A stretch of 63,890 nt of DNA, filler included, from Atractiella rhizophila (Eukaryota): NCBI GenBank assembly GCA_021432655.1. It is 5 parts of 5 records of this genome, joined end to end, with 100 filler letters (N's around TTAATTAATTAA, not from the genome) between each part and the next. Parts side by side here need not be neighbours in the genome. Positions count along the whole stretch, not along the records: positions 34,656 to 51,831 come from MU271879.1; 4 more parts are not named here. One strand, given 5' to 3'. Positions 36,315 to 49,401 of the stretch are shown here, one piece after another. The stretch's first letter is position 1, and the number at the start of each line of letters is the position of its first letter. The position numbers and the translations under genes are program-made. The notes below the pieces were generated by a model. The model saw nothing but the letters and a program-made list of their open reading frames with translations. It was not told the origin of the DNA and searched no databases.

Positions 36315-37302
36315 ATGTCGACATCTTCTGCAGCATCTTCCTCGCGGCCAAACGTCATACAACCATCCCGCCCAGACCCCACAAAGCACATCAAGCGGTC
36401 AGCCCCAAACTCCATCCTCGTTTCGCCCGTTCAGGTTCGTCCCTCTTCATTTCGATCATGGCTTTCTTAACGCGCCAGGATTGGTCGACGGATGGGTTAG
36501 AAAGGGAACCCTTTACTTCAGTTTATTAAGACCGTGCCATGGGAGTACGGTGACATTTTAGGCGACTACCAGGTGGGATTGACGACAGGCGTGTTATATC
36601 TCTCGTTTGTCCTCTCCCTCCCATTTTGCCCTTGCTTAATGAGACACAGGCTGAGATATCATCTCCTGCATCCAACTTACATCCATTCGCGCTTCCAGAA
36701 GCTCGGACAAGCGTACAACTTGAGGATCTTGCTCGTCCAGTGCGATGTGACGGATCACCAAGCTCCAATCAGGGAACTGACCAAGGTGGGTCTTATTCCG
36801 TGTTCCACCTAGCGTTCATTATCTGATGATGAATCCTCCGGTGACGACAGTTAGCGATAATTAACAACTACACGCTCATGATTTCCTGGTCCAACGTCGA
36901 GTCGGCAAACATCTTGACGCTCTACAAATCCCTAGCTTCTACTCCTCCCACGAGCATCAAGACTCCCGCACCGAAAGACTTCCAGAGTCAAGTCGGAGCG
37001 GTATTGATGAATGCGAAGGGGGTGAACAAGACAGATGTGGTGGCGCTCTTGAACAGATTCAAGGTTCGCCCTGTCTCTCCTTTGGGACTCCATCTGTTTA
37101 TTTGATTGTGGCATTGAATCGCTAGAGTTTGAATGGAATTGCGCAAGCATCAGCGGTAGAAGAGAACCTCCTCGAGTGTCCTGGAATAGGAGAGAAGAAG
37201 GCGCGAAGGCTGAAGGACTTGTTCGAGGAGCCATTTTATGTGGGTGGACATAAAAAGAGGAGGGTGGAGAAGAACACGGAGGAGGGGAATGTGCTGAATT
37301 GA
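36315..37302 (+). CDS. RAD10: DNA excision repair protein ERCC1/Rad10, multi-exon; apparent 1-nt frameshift near 37157
   Basis: ILVSPVQ-KGNPLL, VPWEYGDILGDY, LSLRYHLLHPTYI, LRILLVQCDV, HhH motifs KGVNKTD and CPGIGEKKARRL. Confidence 0.92.
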
Positions 37303-37383
37303 CACAACTCATCCCTTTAGTTCGATGAGAGATGGTGCTACAACAAGAAAATGCATATATTTTTATTATCTGTACATTTACAT

Positions 37384-39396
37384 CTACCATCCACGGTCTG
37401 AAGGCTTCTTATAGCCCTCTTTCCTGCAATCACTATCAGGAGAGGAGAATAAGTCAACAGAGGGAAGACAAACCGTAACTGTTCCAACGTCTCTTCGAAC
37501 TTCTCGTGGGCGTAGTCATGAGCGTCATGCTCGAAGAGTCCGGGCATGGGGGTGAGCTTTATCTGTGGACGAGGATCGAATGAGCAACTAAGGAAAGAAA
37601 GAAAGGAACGAACGAATCCGGGGCCAAGGTAACCCAAACCGCAAACCTGAGCCAACTAACCCCCCGCCCAACCAAATCAAATAAAACAAAAAACAACCTC
37701 CCCAACGCAAGGCCAAAAGACCTAAAACATACGTCTCTCCCGTCTTCTGTGTCTGCTTCACGCGTTGATATCGCAACATCTCGAATACTCTCAACCCCTC
37801 CTCAACTTTCACCTTCCCTTTAGACTGGTGCACTTTCTCAAGCACCACAGAGATCGTGACTGCGTCCTCAATTGCTTGGGAAGCGCCTTGAATGGATGTG
37901 GGGAGGAAGGGGTGAGCAGCACTACAACGTAAAAATCACATCAGGATGCACGAACTCTAATTGAAGAAAGAAGGGGGAAGACCTACTCGCCCATCAGTGC
38001 TATCCTTCCAGAGGGTGAAATCCAATTCGGGAGAGGATCACGATACACCAATTTCCAGTCGAGCAAATTGTCCGGCGGCGTCAGCTCGATCAGACGCTTC
38101 AGCACGGGGTCCCATGTTTCGATAACCTTTATTGCGCCGTCCTTCGAACCTTTCTCGAGCCAGCCTTCGGAAACGTCCGCGTCGTCCTGTCGTTACGCAC
38201 GCGTCTACAGGTGAGGTTTCAGGTTATGGTGGAGGGAGAGAGACGCACAGGATGTGTCATCACCCAGCTATATTCTTTCGTGTCATTTACACCAGCACCG
38301 ATGAAATGAACATGCGGACCGATCCTTCAAAGGAAGTGAACGAATACGTGAGTGAAATGGAGACAAGCAGGAGAGATGCAACACACCAAACGATCCGTTT
38401 ATCCACCCGGTTCTCTACCAGGTGTCCAACGACGGGGTCGTCACGTATCACGTCGCCAGGAAAGAAAGCGCGAAAGATTGCGTATCTGTCCTCGTTCCAT
38501 GTTAACGACGCGTCCTCGACGTTCACTTTAGTCGAACCTACCCAGAGGGTTTTGGCGCGTCTTCGAACCCCAACACTAGCTGTCTAGCCAGACTCTTCAC
38601 TCCATCAGCCCCAACAATGGCGTCTGCATGGATCGTCTCGTTTTTCCCTGTTGAAGGATTGAGGAACGAGATGGAGGGTTTGGCTGGAGTGTCGTCCGAA
38701 TATTCGGTTACTTTTACGCCTTGACGTAGCTGGAGCGAAGCAAATCAGTGGGAGTGAAATGGGATATAATTGAGAGCACTGACGTCTACCCCAACTTCTT
38801 TGGCCTTTTCCACGAGGATTTCATGCAAATCTCCACGGTGAGCATCGTAGATTGGCCTATGGACAGGGAACAAGTGATCCATTTCTTTCGGCATTCTCTG
38901 ATCCACCTGTTCTCCACATTACAGACCGTGTTAGCACACATTTTCTCCAGATGATTAACACGGAAATGAGAGAGAGAGGAAGTGGGACTGACAAGATATT
39001 TGCCATCATATCTCAATATCTCAATACCTCTACTATTCCCACATTTGGGTCGTAAAATTGGATGCAAACCCATGCGATACAGGTGGACTGAGGCGTTAGG
39101 CATGATGCCTATAGTGTCTCCTAGCCGCAAGAACTGCTTGACCTGCTCGAAACAGATCACTCGAAAGCCTCGAAGCCGACATTCGATCGCACAACAGAGA
39201 CCGCCGATGCCTGCATAATTTTAGGTGCCTTGGTCAGAAGAGAGTTTAGAGCAGGAAGAAGAGAGGTGGTACCAGCTCCAACGACTACGACCGTGAAATC
39301 TTTCTCTTCCAAAGGCTGAGAAGGATGCATCCATGTCGGCTCCCCTTCCGCCTTCTGCTTCCCGTTCGCAGTGGCACTCTTCGCATTGCTCAACAT
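37384..39396 (-). CDS. FAD-dependent monooxygenase (salicylate hydroxylase-like), multi-exon
   Basis: VVVVGAG-IGGL, FEQVKQFLRLGDTIG, ADAIVGADG, GAAHPFLPTSIQGASQAIEDA. Confidence 0.85.
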
Positions 39397-40599
39397 GCTT
39401 CTGTCACTAATGAATATTGATAAACCACTCAAATGGGCGTAGTTGGCAAACCCGTTGCTTGACTATCCCCATGGCAGCTCTTTTGAGAGGTGGAAAGGCA
39501 AAATCGATCATCCTCGAAATGCGGAATCCGCAGTCCGGGGTAGCAATCTCATCAGAAGGCCGGATTTAGAAACCTATTTTTCCCAAGTCGGATCCGGTAC
39601 AACGACAATCCTTGGAAGTTCTGAAGTCTGCAGTTCGTTTTCAATCTCATTGCGGGTACAGCGATATCTATAGACAGCTGCTGAGTTCTATCGCTGTCTT
39701 TTCATTTCGAAAGGTCAAAAGCGACGCGACGGTCGCGATCCCATCCCTCTTGGGTCGCATTCACCAGCATTCTTGACGTTTGCTCAGAAACAGCGTCATC
39801 TACGCGTACTTTGTTGGTTTTTCAAGAGCCAGCGACTAATTGCAATAGCAAGGTACGTGTTTCTTTAGCTCTCTCGAGCATGCTGTGGGGTGGGGATTGG
39901 AAAATCCTCCAGAGATAAGCATCAGAAGGTGTCAGTGGATGCACCCTCAATTTATCAACAAAGGAGAGCGGTTACCCGCTCTCTACCCGCTATCTGTTTG
40001 CTTATTGCGTTGGTATCATCCTTAGTGTTCAAGAATATCATTGTTGATTTATCGCCCAACGATTATTTATTCCTTCAACGGATCCTCTCAATTTCTTGAC
40101 TCAGACCGTTCTCTTTGATGCATGACCTAGCTAGAGGTCTGTGCGTTCCATGTTATGTGCTACCTTAATCAAAAAAAGGTTTATGAGCGTCGTCCCAAAA
40201 TTCCACTATGTGTCCGCATGATGCCGTCTCACGGGTCCGAGATTTCTGTTACTTTGAATTCGATTGATGCATTGTGTAGGGAAACCATCTTATACAAGCA
40301 TTATTTGTGGATATCGAGGAGTCTGTGTCTTTCATAGGCAATTAGATGATGTCAACCGCCCATAACTCGAGCCATTAGGACCAAGGAGGTGATCTCGAGG
40401 AATGCCGTCATCTGAGTATATTCATGATAATTCTTTCTTCAGATTTGCAGCTTCATTGTATCATCAGTACCGCTGTTTGGCCATACAGAACCCTATGTTG
40501 CGCATGTAGCACCTGAACGCAACAGGTTGACAGGCACTTGAATGCAGGTCTATCACCTCCTGGTCCCCTCAGCATTGCCTATATCCAGGTCTATTTCTG

Positions 40600-42388
40600 G
40601 ATGTCTCCACCAGGTCAACCCGACTCATTCTGCCATTTAGATGCCTCCATTCAACACCAGCAAAGAAACTCGTCCACCCGAGCTCTGGAACAGGCGAGCG
40701 GGCAGTCAATCCAGCACTAACCCTCGATCTTCCAGTATGTCTTGGTTGCTTGACTTCTAGCCTACCTATTGAATCTGAGTAGATCCAAGCCAACCCCGCC
40801 CCAGTTTCAGTCAACCAACTCCCCCCCTTCCTCCACCACAGAAAAGGGACAGCCTACCGCGACCAACAGGTGCAGCATCCTCATTGTGGCCAGATCAGCC
40901 TCGCTCCACCCGACACGACTCTGCTGTCCCTGCTCAATTCCGCCCTGGAGCTCCCATAGCATCGCCCTCACAAAGTTACCAGACACTGCGAGATGCACGA
41001 GAAGCGCGAACGATGCCTCCACCTCCCCCTGTCGATCACGGTCAAGCTATCACTAACTCCCTCTCCAATATTGCTCGCCTCCATGTTCCCACAGCGTCTG
41101 GTTCTGTGGAATCTATAGGACAGGACATCATTGAACGAGCTTCTCACATCGTTGTTGAACAAGCAGAACACTTAGCAAGGAAGAAGTCCCTTGTTTCCAA
41201 ACGCGATCGTTACAACTTCCTTCGCACGCAACTCCAATCACGAGAAGATGCGGCGAGCGTCAGGGAACTGAATCAGCTGAATCTCAAGCTGAAAGCTGTG
41301 GAAACGGACCTAAGTGCTATGGCGGTACAATCATTCAGGTTAACCGAAAAGATACAAGTGGTAGTGGGTGAGTTGGCAGCAAGTGCGAGACCATCGCGAG
41401 AGGAGATGGATGAGCGACCCGCCAAAAGAATGCGGATAGAAGCAGAGGACAATAGAGTCAGCGCTTCAGAGGCGAGTTTTCTCTCACCGTTTAGGCGGAG
41501 TGTAACGTGGTGCTAAGCTCAAAGCGTTGCGAAACGAATTCAACATAAAGTTGGAGAGCTTGAATAAACTGCAAGATCAGCGAGCTCAAATGCCGAACGC
41601 ACAGCAACAAATTCCTGACCTACCTTTATTGCAGAGACGACTTGAGGTTTTTGAACAAACTTTGGAGGTTCTTAAGACTGAGAATCAAGCCGTGAGTCCG
41701 TCGTCTTCAGCTAGGACGCTCCTAATTCTGCCGCAGGCAAAAAAGGAGTGGCAGATGTCAATCGAAAGTGTCAAAAATCAACTGACACCGGAAATCACTC
41801 GCGTTACGGACCGTTTCGTATCCTACATAAAAATGACTGAAGAAACGCTCAACCTCATCAAACGCGACATTGAACCAGAAGAACTCTTTAACTCCATCCG
41901 GCCAATGGTGCGAGAGTCTATAACACAGCAGATTCAATCCTCCTCGCTTGTCACTCAGGAATCGTTCTCAGAGCAAGCGGCCTTGCATCAACAAAGTGTA
42001 ACTGAAAATGACCGTCGCTTCGCAGAACTCCAAAAAGCCTCCAATAGCTCCTCCACCATCGACGCTTTACGAGCCGAATTGGCGGAAGTCAAGAAAAACG
42101 CTGATGAAGAATTCAAGAAACATAGCAAGGCTTTCACTGCTTTCGGGAGCATGTACCAGCGGCTCAACACAACCTACAAAGAGATGAGAGAAATCGATCT
42201 GCCACAATTGAAGAATGATATGGAGCGTTTTGAAAATGAGTGGAAGACGATCATGCCTATGCTCAAAAGTGTCTTAGATTGGTTGAGCTCACAGATGCAA
42301 GTGGTTTCTTCCTGCTCAGGTTAGAGGATTATTGACAAACTCGGCGATCTAGGCAACAACACGGCATTAGGTTGGACAGCGTTGACGC
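40600..42388 (+). CDS. Hypothetical coiled-coil protein, multi-exon; start uncertain
   Basis: Consecutive ORFs 40884-41516 and 41527-42324 rich in E/K/Q/L heptads. Confidence 0.6.
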
Positions 42389-42676
42389 TGATACTGTCAT
42401 GTAACAGTAGTTGTTATACCTCGAAGAATATATAACTTACTTATTCAATTGGGACTGCTAAATCAGCGATGTGAATACTAAAGCGAACAACCGCTGCCGA
42501 AAGATGATCATCCAGAAGGCTGCCATGAATCTACAATGTGTAAGGTTCTTGATCTCCGAGCCGCAAGTGTGAGAACACGGTGGTCTTTGCAACGGAACGA
42601 GCCGATGATGGGTATCACATATTTCGACAATCAGTGCAACTGCGAGTGTTTACAGTCGGGTATCCCTTCCATTCCC

Positions 42677-44983
42677 TTATTCTGTCATTAAGGGCAAACT
42701 CAGCATCTCATCCTCTTGCTCCATGCTCAACCGGATGCCTCTCTTCTCGCAAACGCCTTTCACCTTCCCAATCCATCTCTCAGGCATCTCCTCATGGTCC
42801 CAATCCCCGAACCTTCGTGTCTGCAAGATTGTCAACTCCTTTAGCGCCGTTAACAAAGGCGTGGTCCTCGTCATTGTCGGCTGTTGAGACGTGGGAAGAG
42901 CGGAGGAAGGGAAACTGGAAGAAGACGAAGAAGACGACCGGGACCCTTCTTGTTTCATCGTTCCATTCAGATGTCCGTTTGGAGGAGGAGGTGTGGGTAT
43001 CTGGAGGGCTGATACAAGGGAGCTCCAGACGAGAGCAGGTTCAAAAGCTCCGTTTGTATTCGGGTTCGCGTTCTCTGGTGGTTCGACCGCCGACAAGACG
43101 TTTCTGAGTGTCAGGCGTCTCAGTGATGTAGAGATGGGGGAGCGCTCTAATTCTTCTACCCATTCCGCACTCGCAAAGACAGAGACAAAGTCCAGATCTT
43201 CAAGTGAGGGAGGGAGGATATGGACTATCCGGTCCATATATCTTCTCGCCGTTTGTGGAGAATACTTGGAGACAACATGTGTGAGCTTTTTGAGTCTATC
43301 ACAGTGCGTGAGGCCGGTGAAGAGGCGGTCAGGGAAGACGGTGGATTCTCGGATGATGAGGGAGGTGAGTTGATGCCCGATGAGGGAGAGGAGGTTTGGA
43401 AAGTTATTGGAGGAGGTGACGATGGAGTGTCCTAGCGTAAGGGATTGGAGGGAGCCTGGGAAGATGTAAAGGCCGTGGAAGTGCGAGTCCACGCCGCTTA
43501 CTCTCGGAAGGAGGATCGTGGCGGGAGACATGATCTTATCTCCCACTTTGAGTTCTTTCAAACCCTTGATACCTCGAATGCACCTCGAAATCAGGTTCCA
43601 GTCCAACGCTCGGATATGTTGCAGATTATCGTTCCTCATGATGTCGGGGGAGCGACGCTCATTCGAGATCGCGATTGACGTGAGGGACGGGAGACCGGAG
43701 AGTGAGACGTCGTGATGGAGGGAGACAAGCATTTGGAGGATGGAAGATTGGTCCCATTGTAGGAACTGGAGGTTATCAAAGCTGGCTAACATCCGTCCAA
43801 AAGAAGGCACGATATCTTTCACACCCTCTTCTTCCTCTCTCCCTTCTCCTCCTTCGTCACTCGTCCGATGAATGGGATCAACGATGTCCACATCATTGAG
43901 CAAGCCCAGAACCGCTGCATGCCCAATAACCATGGCCCTCACCTTCCCTGCGACCTCTTTACACCTCGCCAATGCTCCCAGTCTCCTATTCCCCATGTCC
44001 ACATACAACACCACCTTGAACAAATCTGGGGTGGCCATCTCGCACCAACTCCTACATACAAGGCGTAGGGAGGTGAAGGTGTGGACGAACTCGTTGTGCT
44101 CTTCTAGGGCTGAACCGGAGAGGGCATTGAGGGGAGAGACGGCGTGGTGGAAGGAGGAGGGGTCGTTGGGGACGAAGGAATGGAAGGAGGGGACGAGGAA
44201 GGTCAGGATGTGGAGGAGGAGTTCCGTGGGCAAATGGGAGGGCAGAGGGGGCGGCGCTGGTTCTGGGTCCTCCTCTTCTTCTTCCACAATCACTTCCTGC
44301 TCCCATCGACAAACGTTTTGGCTTTGAACAGGAAAGGACAAGACAGACAGACCTCTACGTTGCCATCAATCACCACTTTCTTCTTCCTCCTCCTCTTCTC
44401 AATCAAGCCCTTCACTCCCCTCCCAACTCCCTTCACAGGGCCAGGGAAAGCGATCGCCAGCGGTGGGATATGAATGAACCTCTTCCCCTTCTCCTTTTCT
44501 CTCTTCTTCTCCTCCTTGTTTGCCTTCTTTTCCTTCTTCTTCGGTGTCATCGTGGGACTCGGAGGAAGATGTTGAGGAGGAACAGTAGTAGAAGTCTACA
44601 AGGAACCGTCCTCTAAGTCGCCGTCCTCGTCCGAAACGAAACTGAAACTCGCTCACCTCCTCCTCTTCCTGTCCATCGCCACCGCCACCACCACTCCCAA
44701 TCCCAATCCCATCCTCTCCCTTCATACCGTCCTCGGTGGGAGCGTCGTCTGTAGAAATAGACGAACGCCGGAGCCATTTTCGGACTTTTGCGCGTGAGGA
44801 GGGTAACGATTTCTTGAGCCTCCTCGGTTCTCTCCCGCCGTCCTTGTCCTTGTCCTTGTCCTTCTCTTTGTCTTTCTTTTGTAACGGCGGCTCAGGCGAG
44901 AGAGGCGGGGTGGGTGGGAGCGGGAAGGGAAGAGTGGGAGGCGGCTCGGAGAGCGATTTGGTGTGGTTTAGAGGTGGACGCAT
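42677..44983 (-). CDS. F-box protein with an LRR-like C-terminal region and a low-complexity N-terminus
   Basis: LPTELLLHILTFL...LRLVCRSWCEMATPDLF; LxxLxL repeats; two introns reconcile the N-terminal frames. Confidence 0.8.
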
Positions 44984-45079
44984 GGAAGGGGAAGCGGTAG
45001 CGGATGAAGTCGAGGTGGATGGGTGATCGATCAGGACGTAGTCGCGCGCTGGCTAATCCATTCGTAGACAGATACGTTT

Positions 45080-46291
45080 GGTTAATCAATATTCTTGCTC
45101 ACACACATTCACTTCGAGAGAGAGATAGACGCACATTCTTCTCAGGCAACACCCTTGCTTTCCGATGACCATCATCACCGACCTCATACTGAGAAGCCTT
45201 CTTCTTCTTTCTCTCCAGCTCCCTCTCCAACTCTCCTCCATAATCCATCCTATATCTCTCCCTAAACTCTCCCAACATCTCTTCCGACCGATTAATGCTC
45301 TCCGTCCACTCCGAGGTCTTCCTCCCCCTCTTTTCCTCCTCAAACACAACCCTTCCCTTCCCCTTCCCCTTTTCTTTTTCCTTGCCCAGGTTGCAATCAG
45401 CCTCCGGAGGACTCGGGAGTGGCTTCGGCGCACTTTTGGGGGGAGGTTTAAGTGGCGGTTTCGGGAAATAAGCCTTCTTCCTCGACTTCACAGTCCCATA
45501 TTCCCCATCTCCAACTCGAGTTCCCATCCCTCTCTCCTCCTCTTCCCTACCCTCTGTGGGAAAATTCGGCACATGCATCGTCGCAGCGAACGGAGATGGG
45601 ACGGTAGGGGAGAGAGGGGGGGAGGAGGGAGGAGAAGCGACGATCCATCCTCTTTGTAACCCTTCTGCTATCCAACGAAATATGTTCGGTTGATCAATAT
45701 TCTTGCTCATACACATTGACTTCATCTCGAGAGAGAAGACAGACGCACATTCTTCTCAGGCAATACTCTTGCTTTCCGATGACCATCATCACCACCATCG
45801 TACTGAGAAGCCTTCTTCTTCTTCCTCTCCAGCTCCCTCTCCAACTCTCCCCCATAATCACTCCTATATCTCTCCCTAAACTCTCCCAACATCTCTTCCG
45901 ACCGATTAATGCTCTCCGTCCACTCCGACGTCTTCCTCCCCCTCTTTCCCTCCTCAAACACAACCCTTCCCTTCCCCTTCCCCATTTCTTTTTCCTTGCC
46001 CAGATTGTACTCAGCGTCCGGAGGACTCGGGAGTGGTTTTGGCGCACTTTTGGGGGGAGGTTTAAGTGGCGGTTTCGGGAAATAAGCCTTCTTCCTCGAC
46101 TTCACAGTTCCATATTCCCCATCTCCAACTCGAGTTCCCATCCCTCTCTCCTCCTCCTTCCTACCCTCTGTGGGAAAATTCGGCACATGCATCGTCGCAG
46201 CGAACGGAGATGGGATGGTGGGAGAGAGGGGAGGGGAGGAGGGAGGAGAAGCGACGATCCATCCTCTTTGTAACCCTTCTGCTATCCAACG
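45080..46291. repeat. Direct tandem duplication, two units of about 600 bp
   Basis: 45080-45678 vs about 45689-46291, highly similar; both end CCTTCTGCTATCCAACG. Confidence 0.93.
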
Positions 46292-46969
46292 TGATTGGGC
46301 TGAGAGGTCGAATTGGAGGGATTCGATCGTTCCTCCTGATCCCGATCTATCTTTCGATCCAGACGTAGATCCATCCGTCCATGCAAATGCACGCAGTGGG
46401 ACTTCGCCACCATTGACTCCTGCAGCTGCTGAGGATTGAGGCTGGAGGGAAGGAATGAGGTTATCGTCATCCTCCTCCGCCCCCCGTTGGGCTGCAGGAG
46501 TGCGCTGGAAGAAAGCGGACGTGGATCCGAGCGGGGTGTGGTAGGAGGACGAGGGAGAAGGGTCGAGGGAGAAGGGAGAGTAGTGCGTTGGGGAAGGGAC
46601 GGGAGGCGATTGCGATTGGCGCCGTTGGAGCGCCGTTTGTGCTATCATCCTCTTGCGCGCACTCGTGCCTGCGCTCCTGCTGGACGAGGGGGAGGACGCC
46701 TCGCGACGGGTGGTGGGCCTGGAGGCGGATGAGGACATGTTAGATCGTGGTGACTTTGAGGGAGACATGTCTTCTGCGGGACATGCTGTGGATGATGAGA
46801 AGGGTTTTATAGCTTGATTGATTGAGTGATTTAGTGGATTGATTGGATTGGCCAGATTGATGGCTTTGAAGGTGTTTGCCTTGGGCAAGACGACAAACAA
46901 GTCTCCCGTGAACAGAGAAGTGGGACGCACCAGGCGAGATCCTGCGCGAGGGGTATATGCTACAAACAA
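45722..46969 (-). CDS. Hypothetical Ser/Pro-rich protein whose 3' half is tandemly duplicated
   Basis: 415-aa ORF; real start probably further downstream (MSPSKSPR). Confidence 0.5.
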   Translation of the reverse strand: MFVAYTPRAGSRLVRPTSLFTGDLFVVLPKANTFKAINLANPINPLNHSINQAIKPFSSSTACPAEDMSPSKSPRSNMSSSASRPTTRREASSPSSSRSAGTSARKRMIAQTALQRRQSQSPPVPSPTHYSPFSLDPSPSSSYHTPLGSTSAFFQRTPAAQRGAEEDDDNLIPSLQPQSSAAAGVNGGEVPLRAFAWTDGSTSGSKDRSGSGGTIESLQFDLSAQSRWIAEGLQRGWIVASPPSSPPLSPTIPSPFAATMHVPNFPTEGRKEEERGMGTRVGDGEYGTVKSRKKAYFPKPPLKPPPKSAPKPLPSPPDAEYNLGKEKEMGKGKGRVVFEEGKRGRKTSEWTESINRSEEMLGEFRERYRSDYGGELERELERKKKKASQYDGGDDGHRKARVLPEKNVRLSSLSR

Positions 46970-47194
46970 CTGATATCCTCTTCCTTGTCACTATTTCTAC
47001 GACAGCAACACCCAATCTCCAGAGTTCGAGAGTGAAAATGACACCAAAGTTCGAGGCGCGTCAAGTCACCTTGTACTGTATGCCCATGTCCTCCTACTTG
47101 ATCTATATTCGGGTATCCGCGGCACAGTCACCACCGCCACCTCAACACTTCAACTTTCGAGTGCAAGGGAAGAGACAAGAACACCGACTAATCC

Positions 47195-49099
<1,905 letters not shown>

Positions 49100-49401
49100 T
49101 AGTATGGATTGCAGAATCCCGATGTACAGAGTGCTTCAAGAGAAGAATGGAAAGAGGGATATTGATCAGGACGATGGTAATCGAATCCTTTGGTGAGCAA
49201 GGAAGTTTTGAAGGACGACATTCAATCTATGAACGAGCTAAAGTGAAGGTGGGAAATAAGTTACAGAGACGAAGGAGATGAAGCACAAATGATTCGAGTT
49301 ATGATATTCCAACGAATTTTAAGTGAGGGAAAGGAAAACAACTATACTGCCAACAGATCCAACCGAGTCCATCCATCTGCACAATTAACTACTACTCTCC
49401 G

